Shown here: positions 41,939-51,743 of the stretch, in pieces
How positions within the stretch are numbered: position 1 is the stretch's first letter
How the letters are laid out: each line of letters begins with the position of its first letter
Source: Candidatus Eiseniibacteriota bacterium
GTDB lineage: Bacteria; Eisenbacteria; RBG-16-71-46
Length of the DNA stretch: 64,000 nucleotides
NCBI GenBank assembly: GCA_038231135.1
Contig: JBBRLX010000011.1
Location: 32,001-96,000, forward strand
Direction: 5' to 3'
The notes under the pieces: model-generated
Told to the model about the DNA's origin: nothing
The model's database searches: none
Seen by the model: the letters and a program-made list of their open reading frames with translations, nothing else
Program-made: the position numbers and the translations under genes

Positions 41939-44586
41939 GACCGGCCCTCGGTTCCGAGTCCCAACTCGCTGGCCAGCGCATCCAGCGTGTCGAGCACGCG
42001 GCGCATGGTGGCGCGCCGGCCGATCGTGATGCGCAGCGCGTCGCCGACGCCGTGCAGCGCCGCGAACGGCCGCGCGGCCACGCCGCGGTCGCGCAGCGTC
42101 CGGTTCGCGTGCGCCGCGTCGCGCACCGGCACCAGCACGAAATTCGCCTCGGACTTGGGCACCGCGATGCCGCGGTCGCGCAGCTGGCGTGTGAACCATG
42201 CGCGATTGCGGCGCACCGCGAGCACGGAGCGGGTGACCCAGTCGAGCCCGTCGTCGAGCGCCGCGACGCCCGCGCGCTCCGCCCCCGCGCCGACCTTGAA
42301 CGGCCCCCGGGACTTGGCGACGGCCTCGGCGATGGCGGCGTCGGCGACGCCGTAGCCGACCCGGAGGCCCGCGAGCCCGAACGCCTTGGACAGCGTGCGC
42401 ACCACGAGCAGCCGCGGCGCGCGCGGAATCGCAGCCCCGAGCCGGGCCGCGGGCGCCGCTGCCGGCGCGCCCGCCGCCGGCGCCACGAACTCCGCGTAGG
42501 CCTGATCGAGGATCACGAGCCCCGGCGCGTTCCGCACGATGCGATCGAACGTCGCGTCCCGCAGGCGCGTGCCGGTGGGATTGTTGGGCGAGCACAGATA
42601 GATCACGCGGGCGCCGGTGGCGAGCAGCGCGTCGGCGTCGGCGTCGAAATCCGCGCCCAGCGGTACCGCCACGGGCTCGAGTCCGTTCATGCGCGCGAAC
42701 GCGGGCACCATGGTGAACGTCGGATCCATGTAGGCCACGCGTTCGCCCGGCGCCGCAAACGCCCGCAGCGCCGAATCGATCACGTCGTCGGAGCCGCAGC
42801 CGGTGACGATTTCGCCGGCCTGGGCGCCGGTGTAGCGGGCGAGCGCCTCGCGCAGCCCGTCGGAGTACACCGACGGATACCGCGACACGGCGTCGTGGCT
42901 CGCGGCGCGAAGCACGCGCCGCGCCGCCGGGGCAGCGCCGAACGCATTGGTGTTGTCGCTGAGGTCGATCTCGCACGGCAGCCGGCCGGGCGCGTAGAGC
43001 TGGATCGAGTCGAAGATCGCTCGCGCACCCGGCCCACCGGGGGCTTCGGAGGTAGTGGGTGCGCCGTGTCCGCTGGCGTTCGCGTTCGAGCCTCGCGGCG
43101 TCGCCGCGTCCGTCGCGGCCCCCGTGCCCGCCACGGCGGCCCCCGGGCCTGTCGCAGCGGCCTGTGCGGCTGCGGCGTGTCCCGGCAGACCCTCGGCGCC
43201 CGCGAACGTGACCACGTCCGCTGCGAGCCGCGCCGCGGCGTTGCGGTCGATGCGCTGCCAGGTGGTGAACCGCAGGCAGTCGAGCACCGACAATCCGGAG
43301 AACGCGCGCGCGAAGCCGCCGGTCGGCAGCACGTGGTTGGCGCCGGTCAGGTAGTCGCCGAACGCCACCGACGCGCCGTCGCCGAGCAGCACCGTGCCCG
43401 CATGACGCACCTGCGCGAGCGCGGCCCCGGCATCCGCCACCGCGAGCAGCAGGTGCTCGGGCGCGAACGCGTTCGCGAACTCGATCGCCGCGGCGCGGGA
43501 CGTGGCCGCGAGCACGCCGCCACGCCCGGCGAGTGCCAGCGCCGTCACCGCCCGGCGCTCCGCGTACGCGGGGTCGGACGCGAGCCGGGTCGCGAGGGCG
43601 CGCTCGACGGCCGCGGCCTCGAGGCCGTCGAGCACCAGCGCGATCGCACACGCGAGCGGGTCGTGCTCGGCCTGCGCGAGCAGTTCGGCCGCCACGCGGT
43701 CGGGGTCGGCCGTGCCGTCGGCGATCACCAGGATCTCGCTCGGGCCGGCCGGCGAATCGATCGCGACCGTGCTCGACACCGCGAGCTTGGCCTCCGCCAC
43801 CCACGCGTTGCCGGGGCCGACGATGCGGTCGACGCGCGGCACGGTCGCGGTGCCGTATGCCATCGCGCCGATCGCGCCGGAGCCGCCCAGCGCGAACACC
43901 CGGTCGACGCCCGCGATCGCGGCGGCGGCGAGCACGGCGGCCGCCGGGCGGCCGGACCGGTCGGGCGGGGAGCACAGCACGATCTCGCCGACGCCCGCGA
44001 CGCGCGCGGGCACGGCGGCCATGAGCACGCTGCTGGGGTAGCTCGCGCGGCCGCCCGGCGCATAGATGCCGAGGCGCGCGAGCGGATCGGCGCGGCGCCC
44101 CAGCGTGACGCCGGGCTCGGTCGTGACCTCGAGCGGCGGCGGGAGCTGCGCGCGATGGAACGTCGCCAGGTTGCGCGCGGCGCGCTCGAGCGCCTGCCGC
44201 AGGCCGGGATCGAGTGCCGCGAGCGCGGCCGCGCACGCGTCGCGGGGCACCTCGATCGCCGCGAGCGTCACGTGATCGAATTGCTGTGCCAGTTCGAGCA
44301 GCGCCACGTCGCCGTCGCCGCGCACGCGGGCGAGGATCGCCGCGACTTCGCCCCGAATGCGTTCGAGCGCCGGATCAGCCGCGGGGCGTCCGCGATCGAG
44401 CAGCTCCCGGCGATCGGTCTCGGACAGCGCCGCGAGCGCGCCGGTGAAGCGCAGCGTCACCGCCGCGCCGGGCGTGCCGGGACCGCCGTTGCTCGCGGCA
44501 TCCGTCGTCCCCTCGAGCCCACTCACGGCATGAGCCGTCCTCTCGAGCCCACTCACGGCATGAGCCGTCCTCTCGAGCCGACTCAC
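41935..44586 (-). CDS. hisD: Histidinol dehydrogenase fused to histidinol-phosphate aminotransferase (HisD-HisC)
   Basis: YAPGGRASYPSSVLM, IDSPAGPSE, QAEHD, APEHL, GANHVLPT; then DLSDNTN, GSDD, SPNNPTG, RTLSKAFGLAGLRVGY in one frame. Confidence 0.9.
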   Translation of the reverse strand: MSRLERTAHAVSGLERTAHAVSGLEGTTDAASNGGPGTPGAAVTLRFTGALAALSETDRRELLDRGRPAADPALERIRGEVAAILARVRGDGDVALLELAQQFDHVTLAAIEVPRDACAAALAALDPGLRQALERAARNLATFHRAQLPPPLEVTTEPGVTLGRRADPLARLGIYAPGGRASYPSSVLMAAVPARVAGVGEIVLCSPPDRSGRPAAAVLAAAAIAGVDRVFALGGSGAIGAMAYGTATVPRVDRIVGPGNAWVAEAKLAVSSTVAIDSPAGPSEILVIADGTADPDRVAAELLAQAEHDPLACAIALVLDGLEAAAVERALATRLASDPAYAERRAVTALALAGRGGVLAATSRAAAIEFANAFAPEHLLLAVADAGAALAQVRHAGTVLLGDGASVAFGDYLTGANHVLPTGGFARAFSGLSVLDCLRFTTWQRIDRNAAARLAADVVTFAGAEGLPGHAAAAQAAATGPGAAVAGTGAATDAATPRGSNANASGHGAPTTSEAPGGPGARAIFDSIQLYAPGRLPCEIDLSDNTNAFGAAPAARRVLRAASHDAVSRYPSVYSDGLREALARYTGAQAGEIVTGCGSDDVIDSALRAFAAPGERVAYMDPTFTMVPAFARMNGLEPVAVPLGADFDADADALLATGARVIYLCSPNNPTGTRLRDATFDRIVRNAPGLVILDQAYAEFVAPAAGAPAAAPAARLGAAIPRAPRLLVVRTLSKAFGLAGLRVGYGVADAAIAEAVAKSRGPFKVGAGAERAGVAALDDGLDWVTRSVLAVRRNRAWFTRQLRDRGIAVPKSEANFVLVPVRDAAHANRTLRDRGVAARPFAALHGVGDALRITIGRRATMRRVLDTLDALASELGLGTEGRS

Positions 44587-44598
44587 GGCATGAGCCGT
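44512..44598. repeat. 30-bp tandem repeat (about 2.9 copies) spanning the hisG stop / hisD start
   Basis: ACTCACGGCATGAGCCGT recurs at 44521, 44551 and 44581, each preceded by CTCGAGCC(C/G). Confidence 0.9.
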
Positions 44599-45449
44599 TC
44601 GATGCGCGTCACGAGGATGCCCTCGGCGCCGAGCGCCTTGAGGTCGGCGATCGTGCGGTAGATGCCGGCGGCGGGCACCACCGCGTGCACGGCCACCGTG
44701 TCGCCGCCGTTAAGGATGTCCACCACGGTGGGCCCGTTGAGGCCGGGCAGCACCTTGCGGATCGCGTCCAGCGCCGCGCGCGGCACGTTGGCCATGAGGT
44801 AGCGCTTGCCGCGGGCGCGCAACACCGAGGTCAAAGCGCCCGTCAGCTCGTCCAGCGCGCGCGCCTTGTCGGATCCCGCCGGGTGCCCCGCGCTCGCGGT
44901 GACGAGCTGGGCGGTGGATTCGAAGATCGTGGCGATCTCGCGCAGGCCGTTCACGCGCAGCGTGGAGCCGGTCGAGGTCAGGTCCACGACCACGTCCGCG
45001 ACGCCGAGATGCGGCGCCACCTCGGTCGCCCCGCTGACGGGCACGATGTCGACGCGGCGGCCGAGCTGCTCGAAGTACCGGCGCGTCACCTGCGGGAACG
45101 AGGTGGCCACCCGCGGAAACTCGGGCAGCTCCTCCACCGCGCGCACCGCGCTGTCGTCGCGCGTGGCCACCACCATCCGGCAGCGACCGAAGCCCAGGTC
45201 CATCCGGGTCTCGACCGCGCACTCGGACTCCTTCACCAGGTCGCGGCCGGTGACGCCTGCGTCGGCGGCGCCGTCGGCGACGAAGATCGGAATGTCCTGG
45301 GCGCGCACGAACAGCGCCTGGAACTCACCGCCGAGCGAGGCGGTCAGCGCGCGGTCGTTCTGGATGCGCACATCGAGCCCCGCGTCCTCGAACAGCTCGC
45401 GGGTTTCGTCGGCGAGCCGACCCTTGTTCGGCAGCGCGATCTTCAGCAT
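44583..45449 (-). CDS. hisG: ATP phosphoribosyltransferase (long form)
   Basis: LKIALPNKGRL, VRAQDIP, GATEVAPHLGVAD, TGSTLRVNGL, C-terminal ACT-like domain; AGGAG RBS. Confidence 0.95.
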   Translation of the reverse strand: MLKIALPNKGRLADETRELFEDAGLDVRIQNDRALTASLGGEFQALFVRAQDIPIFVADGAADAGVTGRDLVKESECAVETRMDLGFGRCRMVVATRDDSAVRAVEELPEFPRVATSFPQVTRRYFEQLGRRVDIVPVSGATEVAPHLGVADVVVDLTSTGSTLRVNGLREIATIFESTAQLVTASAGHPAGSDKARALDELTGALTSVLRARGKRYLMANVPRAALDAIRKVLPGLNGPTVVDILNGGDTVAVHAVVPAAGIYRTIADLKALGAEGILVTRIERLMP

Positions 45450-45500
45450 TTCAAATCTCCTCGCACCGGCGTGGCCGCCGGAGTGATGGGGTGGCGCGGA

Positions 45501-45535
45501 CAAACAAAAACGACCCGTCCTTGAGGACGAGCCGT
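45501..45535 (-). terminator. his attenuator terminator
   Basis: Minus strand ACGGCTCGTCC-TCAA-GGACGGGTCGT followed by TTTTGTTTG, between the leader ORF and hisG. Confidence 0.85.
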
Positions 45536-45571
45536 GGAGTTCGCGGTGGTGCCGGAGTTCGTTGCGGTGGA

Positions 45572-45652
45572 TCAGCCGGCCGAGCGCGCACGTCCAGGGC
45601 CCGTCGGGCCGTGGCTGCGATGCTCATGATGATGCCGGTGGATCGTGCGCAT
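45572..45652 (-). CDS. hisL: His operon leader peptide, 26 aa (not in the ORF track)
   Basis: MRTIHRHHHEHRSHGPTGPGRARSAG*: 6 His within codons 5-14, directly upstream of the terminator and hisG. Confidence 0.85.
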   Translation of the reverse strand: MRTIHRHHHEHRSHGPTGPGRARSAG

Positions 45653-45658
45653 GCATGG

Positions 45659-45687
45659 ACTGTAGACGGCCCTCCCCCGGGCGTCAA
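45659..45687 (-). promoter_or_regulatory. sigma70 promoter of the his operon
   Basis: Minus strand TTGACG-N17-TACAGT, with 6 nt between the -10 element and the leader ATG. Confidence 0.8.
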
Positions 45688-47600
45688 CGCTCAAATGCCG
45701 CGAGACCCCCGGAAATAGCGTGAATTCCCGGGGAATCCAGCCTCAGGGTCTCGACCGTGCGGGCCGGGGCCAAAGGCGCGGCGGGCGGCGGGAACACGAT
45801 GTCGCGGGCCGGACCGCGCAGTTCGACTCGCAGCGAGTCCTCGGGCGGCAGCCGGGACGGGTCGAGCCAGCCCTTGGCCACCATGGCGCGGCCGATGAAG
45901 TGCATCTGCGCCCGTTCGAACGGCCGCAGCGTCCCCGTGGCATCGAACCGGCCGCGCCAGCGGGTGGGTGCGGGCACGATGGTCGTGAGGAACAGCGCCT
46001 CGTCCACGGTGACCCGCCCGGCGTCGTGGCCGAAGTAGTAGGTCGTCGCCTCGTCGGCCCCGTGAACGTCCGGCCCCCACTCGATGATGTTCAGGTAGAT
46101 CTCGAGCAGTCGCCGCTTGGACACGCCGGTCAGGTGCTCGAGGATCCACGCCAGCACCACCTCCTGCATCTTGCGCGACAGCGTGCGCGCGTGGCCGAGC
46201 CACAGGTTGCGGGCGAGCTGCATGGTGATCGTGCCCGCGCCGCGCCGGTAGGCGCCCGCCCGCACGTTCTCGGCGATCGATTGCCGCACCGCCTCGGGAT
46301 TGAACCCGCGGTGGTGGAAGAAGCCGCCGTCCTCGTTCGTGACGACGGCGTACACCAGCAGCGAGTCGATGCGGTCGAGGCTGCGGAAGTGCGGGTTCGC
46401 GTCGTTGAGCGCGCGCGTCACCCGCCGGTCGTGCGGCAGGTGGATCGTCGCGATGAACGGCGCGTCGAGCGACGTCAGGCCGAGCCGCGTGCGGTCACCG
46501 TCGAGCGCGAGTCCGTGCGGGATCACGTCGGCGTGGAAGTCGACGCTGTCGGGACGCGCGAGGTCGAGATCGAAATGCAGCCGGTAGTCGAACGTGCCGC
46601 GCACCGACACCCGCAGCAGGGGCCCCAGCATCGATGGCGGCAGGCTCGCGTGCACCTGATCCTCGCCGATGCCGTCGGCGGCGAGGTCCAGCTCCACCCG
46701 CGGCCCGCGCCGCCACACCGACCCGCTCGCCCGGAGCGGCAACGATCCCACGGTGATCCGCGTGTCCGCGCCCAGCCGGACGATGTCATGGGCGCGATCC
46801 TGCTCGACCCGGCCCGCGATGCGCAGCGTGAGCGTGTCGGGCGTCTCGGTGTACGGCCGCGGCACCAGCAGCCGGGCACTGCCGTCGAGACGGTCGTCCG
46901 CGCCGTAGTCGAACGCCGCCTCGAACGGCTGCACCTGCTCGGAGCGCAGCCGGCCCCGGATCCGCAGTCGCGTGCGCGGGCCCGACGGCGCGACCGTCAG
47001 CGAATCGACCGCGATGCCGGTGCCGTCGCCGCCGCCCGCCCCGATCAGCACGAGGTCGGTGATGTCGAGGCGGGGCAGCCGCCGCGCGGGCAGCAGCAGC
47101 ATCCGCACCAGTTGATCGGCGGAGCGCCTGAGACGCGCGGCCCGCTCGGGATCGGCGGTGCGCTGCGGGCGGCCACGCGGGGGCGGGGGCGGGTCGTCGT
47201 CGAGAGTGTCGGCTGCGGCGCGGCGATGCAGCGCGATGCGCGCGCCGTCGAGCCGGATTGCGCCGGGGCGGGGATGGAGCGTGAGCACCGACAGCGGCGC
47301 CACCGTCAGCTCGAGGTCGCGGATCGTGGCCGCCGTGTCGCCGCCCGCGTTGCGCAGCACCAGGGAATCCGCCCGCACCGCGAGCCAGCCGGTCCAGCGC
47401 AGCGACGCCCAGGACGCGGTGAGCCCGCGTTGCGCGGCGGCGGATTCGAGCCGGGCCGCGAGCACGCGGTCGGCGACCGGTCGCGCGACCACGAGGCCGG
47501 CCAGCACGACCGCGGCGAGCGCCGGCAGCACGAGCCGCGCGCGGCCGCTGGGCCGGCGCCGGAGCGGGGCGCCGGGGATCGCCTCGGTGGTGGGACTCAT
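45684..47600 (-). CDS. Monofunctional peptidoglycan transglycosylase (GT51) with a long N-terminal region
   Basis: NEDGGFFHHRG, GAGTITMQLARNL, RKMQE, KRRLLEIYLNIIEWG; N-terminal TM; no transpeptidase domain. Confidence 0.85.
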   Translation of the reverse strand: MSPTTEAIPGAPLRRRPSGRARLVLPALAAVVLAGLVVARPVADRVLAARLESAAAQRGLTASWASLRWTGWLAVRADSLVLRNAGGDTAATIRDLELTVAPLSVLTLHPRPGAIRLDGARIALHRRAAADTLDDDPPPPPRGRPQRTADPERAARLRRSADQLVRMLLLPARRLPRLDITDLVLIGAGGGDGTGIAVDSLTVAPSGPRTRLRIRGRLRSEQVQPFEAAFDYGADDRLDGSARLLVPRPYTETPDTLTLRIAGRVEQDRAHDIVRLGADTRITVGSLPLRASGSVWRRGPRVELDLAADGIGEDQVHASLPPSMLGPLLRVSVRGTFDYRLHFDLDLARPDSVDFHADVIPHGLALDGDRTRLGLTSLDAPFIATIHLPHDRRVTRALNDANPHFRSLDRIDSLLVYAVVTNEDGGFFHHRGFNPEAVRQSIAENVRAGAYRRGAGTITMQLARNLWLGHARTLSRKMQEVVLAWILEHLTGVSKRRLLEIYLNIIEWGPDVHGADEATTYYFGHDAGRVTVDEALFLTTIVPAPTRWRGRFDATGTLRPFERAQMHFIGRAMVAKGWLDPSRLPPEDSLRVELRGPARDIVFPPPAAPLAPARTVETLRLDSPGIHAISGGLAAFER

Positions 47601-47685
47601 GTGGCCAGACCGCGCACGTCGATCAGAATCATGGCCGCCATCTTACGACGGCGGCCATGGGGACCGAATCGCGATCGCTAAGGTC

Positions 47686-48603
47686 TCAGGCGACGGGCGT
47701 GCTCCGCGTATCCAGGAATTCGATGTCGAGCTGTCCCACCTCGTCGAGGAACGACGTGTGGCGCGGCGTCCAGCCGAGCTCGAGGTGCGCGCGGTCGGAG
47801 CTCAGACGCTGGCTCGCGAGCAGCGCCCGGCCACGGAGCCCGGACTGCTTCAATACGTCGGCAGCGTCCTGCGACCGGGCCTGCACGCCGGTGGTGGTGG
47901 CGATTGCCGTGGCGATCTGTCGCGCGGTCGCCGGGGCGCCGTCGGTGAGCAGATAGCGTTCACCGCCGTTCGCGCGCTCGAGCGCCCGCAGATACGCCTC
48001 GGCCACGTCGTCGCGATGAATCAGGCTCCAATACTGGGCGCCGGTGCCGGGATAGTGCACGACGTTCTGCTCATGGGCTTCGGCGAACATCGCGCCCACG
48101 ATGCCCCCCGCGCCGCCATAGACGATCGCCGGCCGCAATACCACCACCTTGAGGTCGTGCTCGCTCAGGTCGAGCGCCACGTCTTCGTGCGCGGCGCGCC
48201 ACCGCACCAGGTCGAGCGGATTGAGCTCGGAGGCTTCGTTCTTCACCGCGTCGCCGGTGTCGCCGTGCACCCATGCGTTGCTGGTGTAGAGGAACCGGCG
48301 CACGCGTCCGTCCATCGCGCCGAGCCGCACGGCTTCGAGCGCCCGCTGATCCTGGCGCACCACGTCCGTCGGGTCGAGCGCGACATGGATCGCTGCGTCG
48401 CAATTCTTGAGTGCCGCCATGAACGTGTCGGGCTTCGCCAGCGAGCCGAGCACAGGATGAATCCCGGCCGCTGCCAGCACGCCCGCACGGTCGGACACGC
48501 GGGTGAGCCCGAACACCTGGTAGCCCGCGCGCGCCAGCCGGGTGGCGATTGCGCCGCCCAGGTAGCCGGTGACTCCGGTCACGAACACTTTTTCCGACGA
48601 CAT
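47686..48603 (-). CDS. NAD-dependent epimerase/dehydratase (atypical SDR)
   Basis: VFVTGVTGYLG, FLYTS, LRPAIVYG, IHRDDVAEAY, LGWTPR. Confidence 0.85.
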   Translation of the reverse strand: MSSEKVFVTGVTGYLGGAIATRLARAGYQVFGLTRVSDRAGVLAAAGIHPVLGSLAKPDTFMAALKNCDAAIHVALDPTDVVRQDQRALEAVRLGAMDGRVRRFLYTSNAWVHGDTGDAVKNEASELNPLDLVRWRAAHEDVALDLSEHDLKVVVLRPAIVYGGAGGIVGAMFAEAHEQNVVHYPGTGAQYWSLIHRDDVAEAYLRALERANGGERYLLTDGAPATARQIATAIATTTGVQARSQDAADVLKQSGLRGRALLASQRLSSDRAHLELGWTPRHTSFLDEVGQLDIEFLDTRSTPVA

Positions 48604-48940
48604 GATGGCTCTGCCTTCCGTTTCGTGCGTCGCCCGTCGTCGCGTTCGCGACTCTGGGCGCGAAATGGCTCCGCACCACCGGCGGTGCATCCCGCCGGCC
48701 CCGCTCGGTCGGATTCGACACCGTCGAGCGCCTGAATCTGAACCATTGCAATTCACATTCCACAACGCGGCGCCGCACGATTTCAAGGGTTTCGGGCGCG
48801 CTCGCGCACTATTAGGATGTATTGAACGGGCACACGATCCGCATCGACCGTGCATCGCGCATCCAAGAACGCGAATCGGCCCAATCCACAACGAGCGTTG
48901 TCAGGACCGTGTGCGGCAGGGCGACCCGCGTTCGCGCCCG

Positions 48941-49306
48941 TCAAACGCCGCGATACGTGCAGCGCGCGGTGCAGGTCTCGGCGACGGTGATCGCAACGAC
49001 ATTGGGCAGGATGGGTGTCAGCTCTTGCCACAACCAGACGCACAACCGCTCGGACGTCGGGTTCTCGAGCCCGGGCACGTCGTTCAGCGTGCGATGATCG
49101 AGCCGGCTCTTGAGCAACGGTTCCACGGCGGCGGTGACGTCGGCGAAGTCCACGAGCCAGCCCATCACAGGATCGATCTCGCCGTTCAGCGCCACCTCGA
49201 CGCGAAACGAATGTCCGTGCATGCGCGCGCACTTGTGATCGGGCGGCACCATGGGCAGCCGGTGGGCGGCTTCGAACGTGAATTCGCGGGTCAACTCGAT
49301 GCGCAT
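48941..49306 (-). CDS. queD: 6-carboxy-5,6,7,8-tetrahydropterin synthase
   Basis: FEAAHRL, CARMHGHS, LDHRTLN, NPTSE. Confidence 0.93.
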   Translation of the reverse strand: MRIELTREFTFEAAHRLPMVPPDHKCARMHGHSFRVEVALNGEIDPVMGWLVDFADVTAAVEPLLKSRLDHRTLNDVPGLENPTSERLCVWLWQELTPILPNVVAITVAETCTARCTYRGV

Positions 49307-49339
49307 CGCGGTCTCCGTGGGAATCAGGGGCCGCGGCGG

Positions 49340-50047
49340 TCAACCGCCGGGCGTGGATGGACCCCCAGCATACCGGATGGGATCGGGAATGCCCGCGCGC
49401 CGGAAGCCGTCCAGTCGCAGGCGGCAGGCATCGCAGCGCCCGCACGCGTCGCCGCGCGCGTCGGGGTCGTAGCAGGTGTGCGTGAGCGAGAAGTCGACGC
49501 CCAGGTCCATCCCCAGCTTCACGATCGCGGCCTTGTCGAGCTCCATGAGCGGCGTGCGCACGTGGAACTCGCCGCCCTCGACGCCGGCGCGCGTGGCGAC
49601 ACGGGCGAGCGTCTCGAACGCGCGCACGAACTCCGGCCGGCAGTCGGGATAACCCGAATAGTCCACGGCGTTCATGCCGGCGACCAGGTCGAACGCGCCC
49701 AGCACCTCGGCCCAGCCCAGCGCCACCGCCAGGAACACGGTATTGCGTGCGGGCACGTAGGTGACCGGAATGTCGGCGGCCATGCGGCCGGCATCGCGAT
49801 CGCGGGGCACGTCGATGGCCGCGGTGAGCGCCGAGCCGCCGATCGCCCGCAGGTCCACGCTCACCTCACGATGCTCGGCGGCGCCCAGCGCGGCCGACAC
49901 GCGGCGCGCGGCGGCGAGCTCGCCGCGATGCCGCTGGCCGTAGTCGAACGCCAGCGTGTGGCAGGTGAAGCCGCGCGCGCGGGCCCAGGCGAGGCAGATG
50001 GTGGAATCGAGTCCGCCCGACAGCAGCACGACCGCCGGAGCCGGCAT
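49340..50047 (-). CDS. queC: 7-cyano-7-deazaguanine synthase
   Basis: LSGGLDS, FDYGQRH, TYVPARN, YPDCRP, CGRCDAC. Confidence 0.95.
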   Translation of the reverse strand: MPAPAVVLLSGGLDSTICLAWARARGFTCHTLAFDYGQRHRGELAAARRVSAALGAAEHREVSVDLRAIGGSALTAAIDVPRDRDAGRMAADIPVTYVPARNTVFLAVALGWAEVLGAFDLVAGMNAVDYSGYPDCRPEFVRAFETLARVATRAGVEGGEFHVRTPLMELDKAAIVKLGMDLGVDFSLTHTCYDPDARGDACGRCDACRLRLDGFRRAGIPDPIRYAGGPSTPGG

Positions 50048-50742
50048 CACACCCCGCGCTTCGGGCCCCACAGCCAGATGTGCAGGCGGGGGCTCAGGCG
50101 GAAGCCATGGCTCAGGCAGGTCTGGATCACGAGCGGCGCGTGGGCGCGCACGGCTTCGTCGGTGAGTCCCTCGGGCATCAGCATCACGCGATCCGCCGGG
50201 ACGTGATGCTCGGTGAGCAGCCGCAGCGCATCGTCGCGATCGGCCTCGCTGCCGATCACCAGCTTGAACGTGGCGCCCGGCGCGCGCGACCACGCGTCGG
50301 CGTGCCGCCAGGTGTCGGCGGCCTTCGGCGTCACCGACGGCAGCTTGGGCGACACGTTCCAGAACAGCCGGTCGTGGCTCATGCGCGGCGGCTCGATGCC
50401 GCTGGTCTCGACCTCGACGCGCGGCCAGCCCGCCAGCGCGCGGTCGATCAACGCATAGATGCCGTCGTGCTGGAGCGGCTCGCCGCCGGTGATCACGATC
50501 AGCGGCGCCGCGCCCAGCGCGCGCGCCTCGTCCAGCGCATCCTCGACATTGCTCGCGCGGCCGCCGTGAACGCCCCACGTGTACTTGGAATCGCACCAGT
50601 GGCAGCCCACGTCGCAACCCTGGAGCCGCACGAAGTGCGCCGGCGTCCCCGCCGACGGGCCCTCGCCCTGGATCGACAGGAAACATTCGCTCACGCGGAT
50701 CGGCACGACGGGATGCTGGGTGGCGAACGGGGACGGGCTCAT
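50047..50742 (-). CDS. queE: 7-carboxy-7-deazaguanine synthase (radical SAM)
   Basis: [35 protein letters not shown]. Confidence 0.92.
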   Translation of the reverse strand: MSPSPFATQHPVVPIRVSECFLSIQGEGPSAGTPAHFVRLQGCDVGCHWCDSKYTWGVHGGRASNVEDALDEARALGAAPLIVITGGEPLQHDGIYALIDRALAGWPRVEVETSGIEPPRMSHDRLFWNVSPKLPSVTPKAADTWRHADAWSRAPGATFKLVIGSEADRDDALRLLTEHHVPADRVMLMPEGLTDEAVRAHAPLVIQTCLSHGFRLSPRLHIWLWGPKRGV

Positions 50743-51638
50743 GGCTGGGAGAACTCGGCGGCGGGGAAGGAGGAGCGGAGTTCGATGTTGCGGAAATAGC
50801 CCACCGAACCGTCGACGGCGGCCTCGCTCGGTGAAAACCGAGCGACGGGGAACCACAGGTCACCGTGCTGCTCCCAGGGATACAAGAGGACAAGGCGTGG
50901 GGTCTTCCGGGTGCCCGGCGGTTCATGCGAGGGGCCGGCAATGGTGCGCGGAGGTGCAGGATCGATCAGAACGCTGTCCACCCGGCGCGTCGCACGGTTC
51001 ACATACACTTCATATCCGCTGCCGGCCGGTTCGGCGGGGTGATCGAACGACACCGCGAGCACGTCGGACAGGTCGTCGCCTTCGCGGAAGATGCCGCCAT
51101 ATTTCAAGATCACACCCGGGTCGCGCAGCTTGTACGGCAGGAACATCAGGTAACCATCGTGGACCCACAGCGAATCCGCCCGATGCAGCCACGTCGTGAT
51201 GTCGTCGCCCTCGACGGGCTTGCCGTCGATCCAGGCGCTGCCCTGCGTGGCGCCGAGCTTATGCATCACCAGGAACGCGGTGCCGTCCGGAGTTGTGCCG
51301 CTGACGCGGTGCCAGTGCGTGCGCTTGTCCCATGCATGGCGCCGCGAGGTGAGCACCGAGTCGCGCCCCGACCGCGAGTCATGCCGCGCGACCTCGAACG
51401 TCCACTCCAGTCCGCGCACCGCATCCCAGTGGTCCCGGCCGCCCAGCACCCTCATCACCCTGTCCGCGATCTCGATCGACTTGGGATCCGACACGCGGGC
51501 CGAGTCGGCGGCGGAGGTGGAGTCCGCGAACGCTGCGTCGTGCGTGGCTCCCGCAGGCGCAAACGGGGTTCCGGCCAGCACGGCCAACGCGGCCACGAGG
51601 GCGTAGCGCAGGCCACGGTGGAAAGCGGTCGGGATCAT
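50739..51638 (-). CDS. Secreted hypothetical protein
   Basis: Signal peptide; [33 protein letters not shown] overlap with queE. Confidence 0.65.
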   Translation of the reverse strand: MIPTAFHRGLRYALVAALAVLAGTPFAPAGATHDAAFADSTSAADSARVSDPKSIEIADRVMRVLGGRDHWDAVRGLEWTFEVARHDSRSGRDSVLTSRRHAWDKRTHWHRVSGTTPDGTAFLVMHKLGATQGSAWIDGKPVEGDDITTWLHRADSLWVHDGYLMFLPYKLRDPGVILKYGGIFREGDDLSDVLAVSFDHPAEPAGSGYEVYVNRATRRVDSVLIDPAPPRTIAGPSHEPPGTRKTPRLVLLYPWEQHGDLWFPVARFSPSEAAVDGSVGYFRNIELRSSFPAAEFSQP

Positions 51639-51743
51639 GCACAGAGTATAGACGTGGCGCCAAATGCGGGCGAAAACCGCTATCCGGGGCGTCCGGCGGG
51701 CTTGCAGCGGCGGGCCGCCGCCCGCCTGCCGCGCTGCCCCCGC

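Noticed and set aside
44512..44598. 30-bp repeats as a mini-CRISPR
   Set aside because: Head-to-tail with no unique spacers, in frame within a CDS, and no cas genes
48604..48940. AT-richer intergenic stretch with TCCACA words (DnaA boxes or sRNA)
   Set aside because: Only partial matches to TTATCCACA; more simply the epimerase promoter region
48941..50742. queECD as a dpd DNA-modification or defence island
   Set aside because: No dpdA/tgt-like, helicase or mobile-element genes nearby
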